From positions 8,424 through 72,423 of the forward strand of contig JBBRRY010000021.1 in NCBI GenBank assembly GCA_038245905.1: 64,000 nt of DNA, in the 5' to 3' direction. The first letter of the stretch is position 1. The number at the start of each line of letters is the position of its first letter. This DNA comes from Thermoanaerobaculia bacterium. GTDB taxonomy: Bacteria > Acidobacteriota > Thermoanaerobaculia > UBA5066. A program made the translations under genes and the position numbers. The notes under the pieces are model-generated. The model was not told the DNA's origin, searched no databases, and was given only the letters and a program-made list of their open reading frames with translations. Positions 9,287 through 21,119 of this stretch are shown piece by piece.

Positions 9287-10960
9287 TTAGCTCGCGGCAA
9301 TCGAGGCGAACCGCGCGCCGCGTGCGGCGAGGATCCCCTCGGCCGCGCGAACCCCGGCGTCCTGCGCCTCCTCGAAGAGCGGGAGCCCGGCGGAGTCGGC
9401 GTGCGCGAAGAAGACTCCGCCCTCGGGGGCGAGGTGGCGGACGGGGCTCGAGAGGAAGCCCGGCGTGGGCCGCGCCATCGCATGGCCCCAGCGCACGACG
9501 TCCAGGTTCATGACGAGACCGGGAAGATCGTGGTGCGCCCGGGAGAGATCCGCGAGGGCGGCCGAAGCGAGGTCGTCCCAGGAGGCTCCGAGAAGCTTCG
9601 CGCGCGCGGCCGCCGGCGCTTCGTCCGTCAAGGGAAGGTAGTACGTGAAGACGGTCGGTCCCTGCTCCGGGCCGGATTGATGGGTCGCGACGACGTAGCC
9701 GAGGGAGCGCGAATCGTGAAGGACGTTGTCCCACGCGAGGGGAAAACCGCGCTCCTCGGGCCGGGCGCGTAGCGTGAGGTTTGCGACCAGCCACGGCGCC
9801 CACGACATGTCCGCGAGGAAGGCGGGCGGCGCCGCGCGCCACGGCGCGAAGACACGCGCCGCGGCGAATTTCGGCAGCGCGAGGATCGCGTGAGCGGCCT
9901 CGACCGCGACGACTTCGTTGCGAGCCGCGTCGAGGAAGCGCAGCGTCACCGGCGCGCCTGCGTTCGGTGCCGGGGCGACGTCGAACACGAGGGAGGCCGG
10001 CGCGAGGCGTCCGTCCGCGCTCTTCGCGAGCAGCGCGACGAGGCGGCCGTTGCCTTCGGGCCACGTGAGGAATTCCGAAGGATCCTCGTCGTCGTCTTCG
10101 CCGGGCAGCCGGGCCGCATGGTAGTGGAGGCCCGCCCACGCCGACGTGCCGGCGAGGTTCGTGCCGAAGTCGTCGCGGCACCCGTACTCCGTGAACCAGA
10201 GGAGCCGCGGCGACGTGAAACCCTTCGCGCGCATCCACTCGGCCATCGTGAGACGGTCGAGAGCAACGAGGTCGGCGTCGTCGGACGAGAGGCGCGTCGG
10301 GATCGCGAACGCCCGCCGGCCCTGCGCGTCCCTCCGGGCGGCGAAGGCGTTCGCCTCGCGCTGGAAGCGCGCGAGCTGCGCGAGGTCCTCGGGCGAGGCG
10401 CCGTCCCGCGGGTAGAGGCCCTGGCGCCACGTGTAGCCGAAGAAGAGGCGCTCCTCCGGCTCGCGGCAGAGCATCTCCTCGGCCCACTCGGGAGCGCCGT
10501 CCGCGTCGCGGGAGACGAGGGCGCCGGCTTCTTCGAGAACCGCCTCGAGGGCGCGGTTCGGTGAGGCGGGGACGGGCACGTAGTGCGCGCCCCAAGGAAA
10601 AGCGGAGACGTTGTTCGCGCCAGACCGGGCGGTGCCGCCGACCTCGTCCTCGAGGTCGTAGACGCGGAAGTCACGGTCGCCCGCCCTCGCGAGGCACCAC
10701 GCGGCCGAGAGACCGGAAACCCCGGCGCCCACGATCGCCGTGCCGACACGCTCCGTTCGGACGGCGGGACGCGACAGGAGATCGCCCGACCGGAGAAGGT
10801 GCCCGCGCGCGGCGTCCGGCCCCACGATGCGGCCGCCGAAGGGCAGGCCACGAGCCTCCGACTTCCCACAAGCAGTGAGAGCCGCGGCGAGGGCGGAAAG
10901 CGCGGGGAGCCCGACGAGCGACGCGATCGCGTCGCGGCGGCTCAGTCGAAGCGCTTCCAC
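9287..10960 (-). CDS. FAD-dependent oxidoreductase (amine oxidase-like), predicted Tat lipoprotein
   Basis: SRRDAI twin-Arg signal with LTAC lipobox; IVGAGVSGL Rossmann motif; VGGTARSG; RWGHAM; PLFEEA. Confidence 0.88.
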   Translation of the reverse strand: MEALRLSRRDAIASLVGLPALSALAAALTACGKSEARGLPFGGRIVGPDAARGHLLRSGDLLSRPAVRTERVGTAIVGAGVSGLSAAWCLARAGDRDFRVYDLEDEVGGTARSGANNVSAFPWGAHYVPVPASPNRALEAVLEEAGALVSRDADGAPEWAEEMLCREPEERLFFGYTWRQGLYPRDGASPEDLAQLARFQREANAFAARRDAQGRRAFAIPTRLSSDDADLVALDRLTMAEWMRAKGFTSPRLLWFTEYGCRDDFGTNLAGTSAWAGLHYHAARLPGEDDDEDPSEFLTWPEGNGRLVALLAKSADGRLAPASLVFDVAPAPNAGAPVTLRFLDAARNEVVAVEAAHAILALPKFAAARVFAPWRAAPPAFLADMSWAPWLVANLTLRARPEERGFPLAWDNVLHDSRSLGYVVATHQSGPEQGPTVFTYYLPLTDEAPAAARAKLLGASWDDLASAALADLSRAHHDLPGLVMNLDVVRWGHAMARPTPGFLSSPVRHLAPEGGVFFAHADSAGLPLFEEAQDAGVRAAEGILAARGARFASIAAS

Positions 10961-12492
10961 TCTCCCTCGTACGTCCTCACGAGGACCTGGTCGTTCAGGC
11001 GGTTCACGGGCGCGTCGTCGATCCGCGCCACGTCCGGGCCGAAGACGAAAAGCCCCGGCAGGAGGTCGGTCGAGAGGGCGCGCAGGCCCTCGGGAAGACG
11101 CGGCTTCACGTCGGGCGGCGTGGCCGCCGCGAGGACGAATCCCCAGTCGCCGAAGGAGGGCACCGCGATGTGGTACGGGCGTGTCGCGAAGCCGGCCGCG
11201 CGGAGCGTCGCGTCCACGATCCAGAAGCTGCGGCGGGCGAAGAGGGGAGACGTCGACTGGACGCAGAGAACGCCGTCAGGATCCAGCTTCCGTTTCACGA
11301 GGGAATAGAACCGCGACGTGTAGAGCTTGCCGACCGCGTAGCTGTTCGGGTCCGGAAAATCGACGAGAACGACGTCGAAGAGGTCGGGCTCCTTCTCGAT
11401 CCAGATCATAGCGTCCTCGTTGACGACGCGGACTTTCGGAGAGAGGAGCGAGCCGCCGTTCAGCGCGAGGAAAAGAGGATGCGTCATCGCGAGGCGCGTC
11501 ATTTCGGGATCGAGGTCCACGAGCGTCACGCTCTCGACCTCGGGGTGCTTCAGGATCTCCCGCACGGCGAGGCCGTCGCCGCCGCCCAGCACCGCCACGC
11601 GCCGAGCGCGCGGCGCGGCCGCGAAGGCCGGGTGGACGAGGGCCTCGTGGTAGCGGTATTCGTCCACGGACGAGAACTGAAGGTGCCCGTTCAGGAAGAG
11701 CTGGAAGCCCGCCCGGTTGCGCGTCACGACGATGCGCTGGTAGGCCGTGGACCGGGCCACGACGACTTCGTCGGCGTACTGGCTCTCCTCGGCCACCGCC
11801 GTGAGCCGGTCCGCGGCGACGAACGCGGCGAGGAGGATCGCCGTGACGATGCCGGCCCGCGCGAAGAGCCCGCCCGGCGGCCCGACCCGGTCGCGAAACA
11901 GGCGGATCGACCAGAACGCGACGGCCGCGTTCAGTAGGCCGAACAGGACCGACGTGCGCGTTAGCCCGAGGCGCGGAAGAAGAACGAGCGGGAAGAGGAT
12001 CGAGGCGGCGAGGGATCCGAGGTAGTCGAAGGTCAGGACTTGCGCCACGAGGTCGCGGAATACGACGGTGTCCTTGAGGAGGCGCATGAGGAGCGGGATC
12101 TCGAGGCCGACGAGCGTTCCGATCGCGACGACGACTCCGTAGAAGACGGGCGCAAACCAGCGGGGCGAGGAGAACGCGAAGAACAGGAGCGGCGCCGAGA
12201 GCCCGCCCACGAACGCGACCGCGATCTCCGCTTCCACGAAACGCCGCGCGACTCCGCGGACGACGAAGCGCGAGAGGAACGCGCCGAGCCCGAGCGAGCT
12301 GAGGTAGACGCCGATGACGAGCGAGAACTGCGTGACCGAGTCGCCGAGCAGATAGCTCGCGAGCGCGCCGGCGACGAGCTCGTAGATGAGGCCGCAGGAC
12401 GCGATGGCGAGGACGGTGAGGTAGACCGGCCCCGGCCGCAGGGCCGGGACCGCGCCGGAACCGGGCCCGGCGCCCTGTGCGCCGTCGCCCAC
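10942..12492 (-). CDS. speE: Membrane-bound polyamine aminopropyltransferase (long SpeE form)
   Basis: N-terminal multi-TM domain (CGLIYEL); DEYRYHEALVHP, VLGGGDGLAVREIL and VDFPDP motifs. Confidence 0.95.
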   Translation of the reverse strand: MGDGAQGAGPGSGAVPALRPGPVYLTVLAIASCGLIYELVAGALASYLLGDSVTQFSLVIGVYLSSLGLGAFLSRFVVRGVARRFVEAEIAVAFVGGLSAPLLFFAFSSPRWFAPVFYGVVVAIGTLVGLEIPLLMRLLKDTVVFRDLVAQVLTFDYLGSLAASILFPLVLLPRLGLTRTSVLFGLLNAAVAFWSIRLFRDRVGPPGGLFARAGIVTAILLAAFVAADRLTAVAEESQYADEVVVARSTAYQRIVVTRNRAGFQLFLNGHLQFSSVDEYRYHEALVHPAFAAAPRARRVAVLGGGDGLAVREILKHPEVESVTLVDLDPEMTRLAMTHPLFLALNGGSLLSPKVRVVNEDAMIWIEKEPDLFDVVLVDFPDPNSYAVGKLYTSRFYSLVKRKLDPDGVLCVQSTSPLFARRSFWIVDATLRAAGFATRPYHIAVPSFGDWGFVLAAATPPDVKPRLPEGLRALSTDLLPGLFVFGPDVARIDDAPVNRLNDQVLVRTYEGEWKRFD

Positions 12493-12496
12493 GCGA

Positions 12497-12721
12497 TCAG
12501 CCTCCCATGACGGCGGCCGCGATGATCATCGCCATGGCGATCACGATCGACCCGATCACGATGCCGAGCGCCGTGTTCTGGTCTTCCTCCATCTCCTTTT
12601 TCAGAGAGAAGGGGAGTATTCGCGGCAGGATCGCGAAGAAGATGCCGAGAAGCACCATTCCGAGGACCGAGAACACGACCGTCGACGTCACCTGATGCCC
12701 GTGTAGCTGCCACCAGTCCAT
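12497..12721 (-). CDS. DUF350 family small membrane protein
   Basis: Two TM helices flanking SLKKEMEEDQNTALG; TAATG overlap with the upstream gene. Confidence 0.88.
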   Translation of the reverse strand: MDWWQLHGHQVTSTVVFSVLGMVLLGIFFAILPRILPFSLKKEMEEDQNTALGIVIGSIVIAMAMIIAAAVMGG

Positions 12722-12897
12722 TACTTGCCTCCGCTCCAGAAGTGCCACGTCCGATAGCCGCCCGCGTTACGGGCACCCGGAGGCAGCGTGTTGCGTTGCG
12801 TGTTTCCGGCCGTTTCCCACCCCGAGAACGCAGCGAGGGTGTACGCGAGGAGGAGCGCGCCGCCGAAGACCTGAAAGAAGCGTCTCATCGGATTCAT
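12721..12897 (-). CDS. Small protein (58 aa) with an N-terminal TM and a C-terminal HFWSGGK tail
   Basis: GGAGG RBS; coupled to DUF350; sequence MNPMRRFFQVFGGALLLAYTLAAF...GGYRTWHFWSGGK. Confidence 0.8.
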   Translation of the reverse strand: MNPMRRFFQVFGGALLLAYTLAAFSGWETAGNTQRNTLPPGARNAGGYRTWHFWSGGK

Positions 12898-12907
12898 CCG
12901 GCCTCCC

Positions 12908-14992
12908 TCATTCGTCGTCGCCCTTGTCATCGTCGCGCTCGCCGCCCGAGCTCGTGAAGTCGCTTTCGGACCAGCGGCGCCCCTCGAACGTGAGCTTCCT
13001 GAAGCTGAGCACCGTCGGGATCACGAGAAGCAGCAGGATGACCCAAACCAGATGCGAGACGTGCGGCACGCCGCTCGTGAGCCGCACGCGGAACGAGGGC
13101 GGCGCCTTGCCGGCCTCCGTTTCGGGATCGAGCCTCAGGACCCACTTGCCCGCCGGAATGCGCGGTACGTAGATCCGCCGGTTCTGCCTGCCTTCGCTCC
13201 AGCTCTCACCGCCGTCGACACCCGCGTAGCGGTCGGAGATCATGTCGAACGACCGGACCTCGCCGGTGGCCTCGGAAATCAGGTTGAAGCTGACGGCGAC
13301 CCAGTTGTTTTCCGTCGGCGCCCAGAGATCCGCGGCGAGATTCGCGCCGCGTTTCGTCTCGAACGGTGCCGAGACGATCGCGCGCGCGGCCGCGAGCGCA
13401 TTCTCGGCGGCCTCCCGGGCCGCGATGGGGTTCGCGGGCTTCGGGAGCGACTCGTCGTTCTGCGACCAGTCGGCCGAGGTCGACGTCTTGCTCCCGCGCG
13501 CCGCGTAGATGCCGCGCGCGGAATCCACGAGGTCGAAGGTCTGGTCGTAGACGACGGCATGCGGCGTAATGAGGCGCGCCAGGAAGAAGACGACGATCGA
13601 CGCGAGGGTCAGGATCCAGGCCGTCTTCCACCAGATGCGGGCCGTCTCGGCGTGGGGCCAGGGCTGGCACGCTCCGACGCCCTCAGGCGACGGAAGCGGT
13701 TCCTTGAGCGCGAAGGCGGCCTCGATCTCCGCGGGCGGGACGTAGGCGCCCTCGGTCCAGGCAATTTCCTTCTGCGCCTTCTCCATGGAAAGCATGCGAG
13801 GCGGGCTGACGAAGTCCGTGGCCTCGGTCGTCTCTCCGGTCCGTACGGTCCAGTAGAACTCACCGAGCACTCCGGCAACGCGGGCCTTGTTGCGCGAGAA
13901 CACGCGGTAACTATTGTTCCGGAAGGCCGCCACTTTCGGTCCGTGCTCCACCTCGCCGGCGGGCACGGGCTCGAGCAGGGTGTAGTGGCCGTTCGACTCC
14001 GCGAGCCAGTGGTAGGCCTCCGACTTTTCATCCTTGAGGAGGTATTCCGTCCAGAAGTAGTCCTCGCCGTCGGAGGAGCACATCTTCTGGACCGCTCCGA
14101 GAATGGCATAGCGATGGCCTCGCAGGTTTCCTTCCGCGCCGAGCGGCAAGAGCGGCTTGAACGGCACCGCGGCGAGCTTCTCGAGCACCGTGAACTTCGA
14201 AGGAGGGCCCGTCTCCTTGCGGTCGGCCGAACCCAGGAGCGAGCCGCAGAACGGGCACGCGATCCTGACGGTGTTCGCCGGGTCCTTCAGCTGGAGCGCG
14301 CCGCCGCAGTTCGGGCAGTTCAGCGCGAGGGCCCTGGTGGAGACCGTGCGATCCGACCACGCGACGAGCTCCGCGATGCCCAGGCTCTCGAGCGCCACGG
14401 GCTTGCCCACGTAGAAGCCGTCGAGAGAGGGGCCGTCGCCGTAGTCGAGCGTCGCGAGACTCCCATCCGCTCCGGAGAGATCCGCGAAGCGGAAGACGCT
14501 CCCGGGCGGAGCGACGAACGGCAGCTCGCCCTCGGCGGAGGAATATGTGGCGTCGCGGACTTCGGTGATCGCGAAGCTGCCGTAACCGCCGAGGTCGAGC
14601 GTCTCCCCGGGCGACAGCGCCTCGAACGCCGGGACCGCCGGGGGCTTCATCGGCGTCATGAGCCAGAAGCCGCCCTGCGCCTCGGCGAGCCATCCCCAGG
14701 TCCCGTCCGTGAATCCGACGTACCACTCGTCCCAAGTGCCCTCGCCCGTCGAGAGCTGGAGCCGCCCCGCGATGTGGAACGGCCGCGTCCCCTTCTGCGG
14801 GCGCGCGTCCATCCCCACTTTGAAGGGAGACGAGGTTGGCGTGAGCTCGGCGACCGTGCCGATGGCCTCGAGGTCCGCGCCCTTGCGCGCGATCGCGGAC
14901 TTGCACTGCGGGCAGATGGAGACGAGCGAAGCCCCGGTCCGAAACCGGACCAGCGCCCCGCAGTTCGGACATTGCGCCGCACGCGCGCTCAA
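12908..14992 (-). CDS. DUF4178 protein with two zinc-ribbon + DUF4178 units and C-terminal TM segments
   Basis: Two double-CxxC ribbons (CPNCG/CPQC and CPNCG/CPFC); WDEWY...WLAEAQG and WTEYLL...WLAESNG; GEFYW; RRWSESD. Confidence 0.88.
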   Translation of the reverse strand: MSARAAQCPNCGALVRFRTGASLVSICPQCKSAIARKGADLEAIGTVAELTPTSSPFKVGMDARPQKGTRPFHIAGRLQLSTGEGTWDEWYVGFTDGTWGWLAEAQGGFWLMTPMKPPAVPAFEALSPGETLDLGGYGSFAITEVRDATYSSAEGELPFVAPPGSVFRFADLSGADGSLATLDYGDGPSLDGFYVGKPVALESLGIAELVAWSDRTVSTRALALNCPNCGGALQLKDPANTVRIACPFCGSLLGSADRKETGPPSKFTVLEKLAAVPFKPLLPLGAEGNLRGHRYAILGAVQKMCSSDGEDYFWTEYLLKDEKSEAYHWLAESNGHYTLLEPVPAGEVEHGPKVAAFRNNSYRVFSRNKARVAGVLGEFYWTVRTGETTEATDFVSPPRMLSMEKAQKEIAWTEGAYVPPAEIEAAFALKEPLPSPEGVGACQPWPHAETARIWWKTAWILTLASIVVFFLARLITPHAVVYDQTFDLVDSARGIYAARGSKTSTSADWSQNDESLPKPANPIAAREAAENALAAARAIVSAPFETKRGANLAADLWAPTENNWVAVSFNLISEATGEVRSFDMISDRYAGVDGGESWSEGRQNRRIYVPRIPAGKWVLRLDPETEAGKAPPSFRVRLTSGVPHVSHLVWVILLLLVIPTVLSFRKLTFEGRRWSESDFTSSGGERDDDKGDDE

Positions 14993-15054
14993 GGTGCGGG
15001 GATCTTACAGTCGATTGTGAGACGCACTCCGAGGCCGGCCCTCTCGGAGGCTGC

Positions 15055-17298
15055 TCAGCCCCCAGCCGGGCGCTCGGGGTAGAGCCGCTCGAACTCGGCG
15101 TCACCGTGGAGAATCTCGAGCTCGGGGTCCTGGCGCGCCCAGACGGCGTCCTTGAAGCCCGCGTCCCAGGCCTTCCGGAGCGCGTCCATGGCTTCCGGTT
15201 TCCTCTTCAAGAGCGCGTAGGCGCAGGCGGCGTTGTAGAGAACAGTGGCTTCGTTCGGGCGGAGTGCCACGGCAAGGTTCGTCTCCCGCATGGCGTCTTC
15301 GGTCCGGTCGAGGAACGCGTACTCGCCGGCGAGCTGAATGCGCGCGCGCGCGTCCTCGGGAACCTGCTTCAGGTGGTTCTCGAGAGTCGCGACCATCCGC
15401 TGGCGGATATTCCGCAGCCTCTCGCTCTTTCCGAGCGCCCCGAGAGCGTTTTCGATCGGCACGTAGACGTTATAGTCGTCGCCGCCCGCTGCCAGTGCAG
15501 CGTCGGCGACGTCGGCGAGCTCCTGATAGCGGCCCGAGGCGAACAGCGTGCGGCCGAGCAGGTAGTAGGCGCCTTCGCAGTCGCTCTTGCGCTCGACGGC
15601 CTGCCGGGCGCAGCGGAGCGCATCGTCGTATTGCGCATCGGCGTAGAGGATCCAGGCTTGGGCGACGAGCACCTCGGGAAGTTGAGGCCTCAAGGCGACG
15701 GCTTTCTGTGACGCCGAGATGGCGCGATTCAGCCACACGGGATCCCGCCCGTAGTTGTAGTGGTTCTGGGCGCAGACGTTCGCGATCGCGGCGTACGCGA
15801 GCGCGAAGCCCGGGTCGAGCGCGACGGCGTTCTCGAACATCTGGAGCGCGAACTCGAAGTCCTGGCGCGTGAGGCGACGCGCGTAGCTCTTCCCGCGCAG
15901 GTAGAGGTCATACGCTTGCAGGCTCTCGGTCGGCTTGGCCGCGAGGGCCTCTTCCTCCTGGGGCGTGAGCGTGACCCGGAGGGCCTCCGCGATCTTGCGT
16001 GCGATCTCGTCCTGAACCTCGAAGATGTCCTGCATTTCGCGGTCGTATCTCTCCGACCAGAGCGGAAAGTCGGTGTGCGTGTCCACAAGCTGCGCGTTGA
16101 TGCGCAGCCGGTTGCCGGCGCGGCGCAAGCTCCCCGTGAGGACGTAGGCCGCGTTGAGCTGCTGCCCGATTTGCGCGGGCGTGACCGGCTTGTCCCGATA
16201 CGCGAGGACCGTGGGCCGCGAGAAGATGCTCAGGCCCTTGATCTTCGAGAGCTCCGTGATGATGTCCTCGGTGATCCCGTCCCGGAAGTACTCGTCTTCC
16301 TTCACGCCGGAGAGGTTCTCGAAGTAGAGGACAGCGATCGACTTCTCGGCCTTGCGCGTTCCGCCCCCACGCGAGTCGCTTTTTTCGGCCACGCGCTTGC
16401 GGCCCGAGTCCATGTCCCGTTTCAGACGAGCGAGATCGGTCTTCAGGTCCGTCGCGGTCTGGTAGCGCAGGTTCCGGTCCTTCTCGAGAGCCTTGTCGAG
16501 AATGCGGCTGAGCTCCGGAGGAAGGGCGGGGTTTCTCTGGGCCGCCGGAAGCGGATCGCGGTTGAGGATCGCGTCGAACACGACGGCCGACGTCTCGCCC
16601 GGAAAAGGCAGTGTTCCTGTGGCGAGCTGGTAGAGGACGGTCCCAAGAGAGAAGAGGTCTGTGCGGCCGTCGACGGGCTGCCCGCGCGCTTGCTCCGGCG
16701 ACATGTACGACACGGTGCCCATCGAGGTGCCGGGCGACGTGAGATCGCTTCGGGCGCCCACGGTCTCGAGACGCGAGACTGCCCCGCCGGCGCCCCGATG
16801 GACGCTCTCGATGCGGGCGAGGCCGAAATCCAGAATCTTGACCTGCTCGCGCGCGTTCACGAAGATGTTCGCGGGCTTGACGTCGCGGTGCACGATGCCT
16901 CGGGCGTGCGCGGACTCGAGGGCGTCGGCGATCTGGACGCCTACGGCGAGCAGCTCTTCGAGCTCGAAGACGGGCCGCGCCACCATGATCTGCGCGAGCG
17001 TCTGGCCTTCGAGGAGCTCCATGACGATGAACAGCTGGTGCTCGTGCTCCTCGATGGCGAAGACGGTGCAGATCCCCGGATGGTTCAGCGCGGACGCCGC
17101 GCGCGCCTCGCGCTGAAAGCGCTCGAGCGACGGAACGTCCTGGGCGAGATCGGGCGGAAGGAATTTCAGCGCGACCCGGCGCCCGAGACGCGAGTCTTCC
17201 GCTTCGTAGACGACTCCCATTCCGCCGCTGCCGAGCCGGCGAACGACCGAATAGTGCGAGACGGTCGTCCCGATCAGGGGATCCGGTTGCGCAGACAC
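15055..17298 (-). CDS. Hanks-type Ser/Thr kinase + TolB-N-like domain + TPR repeats
   Basis: LGSGGMGVVY, VALK, HRDVKPANI, DFGLA and YMSPEQ motifs; SIAVLYFENLS; TPR-like helices. Confidence 0.95.
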   Translation of the reverse strand: MSAQPDPLIGTTVSHYSVVRRLGSGGMGVVYEAEDSRLGRRVALKFLPPDLAQDVPSLERFQREARAASALNHPGICTVFAIEEHEHQLFIVMELLEGQTLAQIMVARPVFELEELLAVGVQIADALESAHARGIVHRDVKPANIFVNAREQVKILDFGLARIESVHRGAGGAVSRLETVGARSDLTSPGTSMGTVSYMSPEQARGQPVDGRTDLFSLGTVLYQLATGTLPFPGETSAVVFDAILNRDPLPAAQRNPALPPELSRILDKALEKDRNLRYQTATDLKTDLARLKRDMDSGRKRVAEKSDSRGGGTRKAEKSIAVLYFENLSGVKEDEYFRDGITEDIITELSKIKGLSIFSRPTVLAYRDKPVTPAQIGQQLNAAYVLTGSLRRAGNRLRINAQLVDTHTDFPLWSERYDREMQDIFEVQDEIARKIAEALRVTLTPQEEEALAAKPTESLQAYDLYLRGKSYARRLTRQDFEFALQMFENAVALDPGFALAYAAIANVCAQNHYNYGRDPVWLNRAISASQKAVALRPQLPEVLVAQAWILYADAQYDDALRCARQAVERKSDCEGAYYLLGRTLFASGRYQELADVADAALAAGGDDYNVYVPIENALGALGKSERLRNIRQRMVATLENHLKQVPEDARARIQLAGEYAFLDRTEDAMRETNLAVALRPNEATVLYNAACAYALLKRKPEAMDALRKAWDAGFKDAVWARQDPELEILHGDAEFERLYPERPAGG

Positions 17299-17339
17299 GC
17301 TGCGCGGGAGACTAACTCATGGCCGAGGCGAGACGGAGA

Positions 17340-20189
<2,850 letters not shown>

Positions 20190-20354
20190 GTGATCCTCCG
20201 ACGGTCCCGCCGGAGCCGGCGGGCGGCCGGATTCTAGTGGAGAGAGCGGCCGTTTCGGGCGCGTTGATGCATCTGCTTAGAAGCCCTGCGAAATGTCGAC
20301 ATGCGGGCAGGATGCCACGCCGTTGACGGAGAATGCCCGCTTGAAAGGGGAACC

Positions 20355-21119
20355 ATGATGAAACCCCTCGTAAGAATCCTGCTGTCCATCCTCGTCGTCG
20401 TGGCCCCGCCTGCCGCCGCGATCACGGCGGAGGAGATCGTCGCGAAGAACGTCGAGGCGCGCGGCGGCGCTGCCGCCCTCGCCTCGCTTAAGAGTCTCCG
20501 CCGGACCGGCCGTTTCGTGCGGCCGGGGCGCAACGTCCTGATCACGCTCTCCGACGTGAAGGCACGACCGGGGATGATCCGGCAGGAGACCACGTACCAG
20601 GGCCTCACGCAGGTGCAGGCGTGGGACGGGGAGAAGGCCTGGCAGATCCAGCCCTTCGAGGGCCGCAAGGAGCCCTCGTACATGTCCCAGGACGACGCCC
20701 GGCCCTTTCGGCTCGCGGCGGACCTCGATGGCCCGTGGGTGAACTCAAAGGCCAAGGGCCACGCGCTCGAGTACCTCGGGACCGAGGACGTGGACGGCAC
20801 GCTCGCGCACAAGCTGCGCGTCAGGCTGAAGCGGGGAGGCGACCTCACGGTCTGGATCGACCCCGACACATGGATGGTGATCCGCGACCTGCAGCGAAAA
20901 CTCGCGCGTGGCGCCGAGCAGGAGATCGAGACCGATTACGGCGACTACGAGAAGGTCGGCGGCGTCTTCGTCCCGATGAGCGAGGCGAGCGGGCCGCGCA
21001 ACTCGCCGGTCTCCTCCCGCGACGAGTCCGTCTTCGAGAAAGTCGAGGCGAACATGGCCACACCCTCCGAGGCGTTCGCGTTCCCGGCGAACGCGGCGCC
21101 GGCGGGAGCGGGCCGATGA
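20355..21119 (+). CDS. Secreted LolA-like / outer-membrane lipoprotein-sorting-like protein
   Basis: Signal peptide; TAEEIVAKNVEARGG, QAWDGEKAW and YGDYEKVGG motifs; ATGA-coupled to the next gene. Confidence 0.7.
   Translation: MMKPLVRILLSILVVVAPPAAAITAEEIVAKNVEARGGAAALASLKSLRRTGRFVRPGRNVLITLSDVKARPGMIRQETTYQGLTQVQAWDGEKAWQIQPFEGRKEPSYMSQDDARPFRLAADLDGPWVNSKAKGHALEYLGTEDVDGTLAHKLRVRLKRGGDLTVWIDPDTWMVIRDLQRKLARGAEQEIETDYGDYEKVGGVFVPMSEASGPRNSPVSSRDESVFEKVEANMATPSEAFAFPANAAPAGAGR

Noticed and set aside
20206-20223. Hairpin CCCGCCG-GAGC-CGGCGGG in the acnA 5' UTR as an IRE-like element
   Set aside because: No CAGUG loop; 7-bp GC stems are common at this GC content
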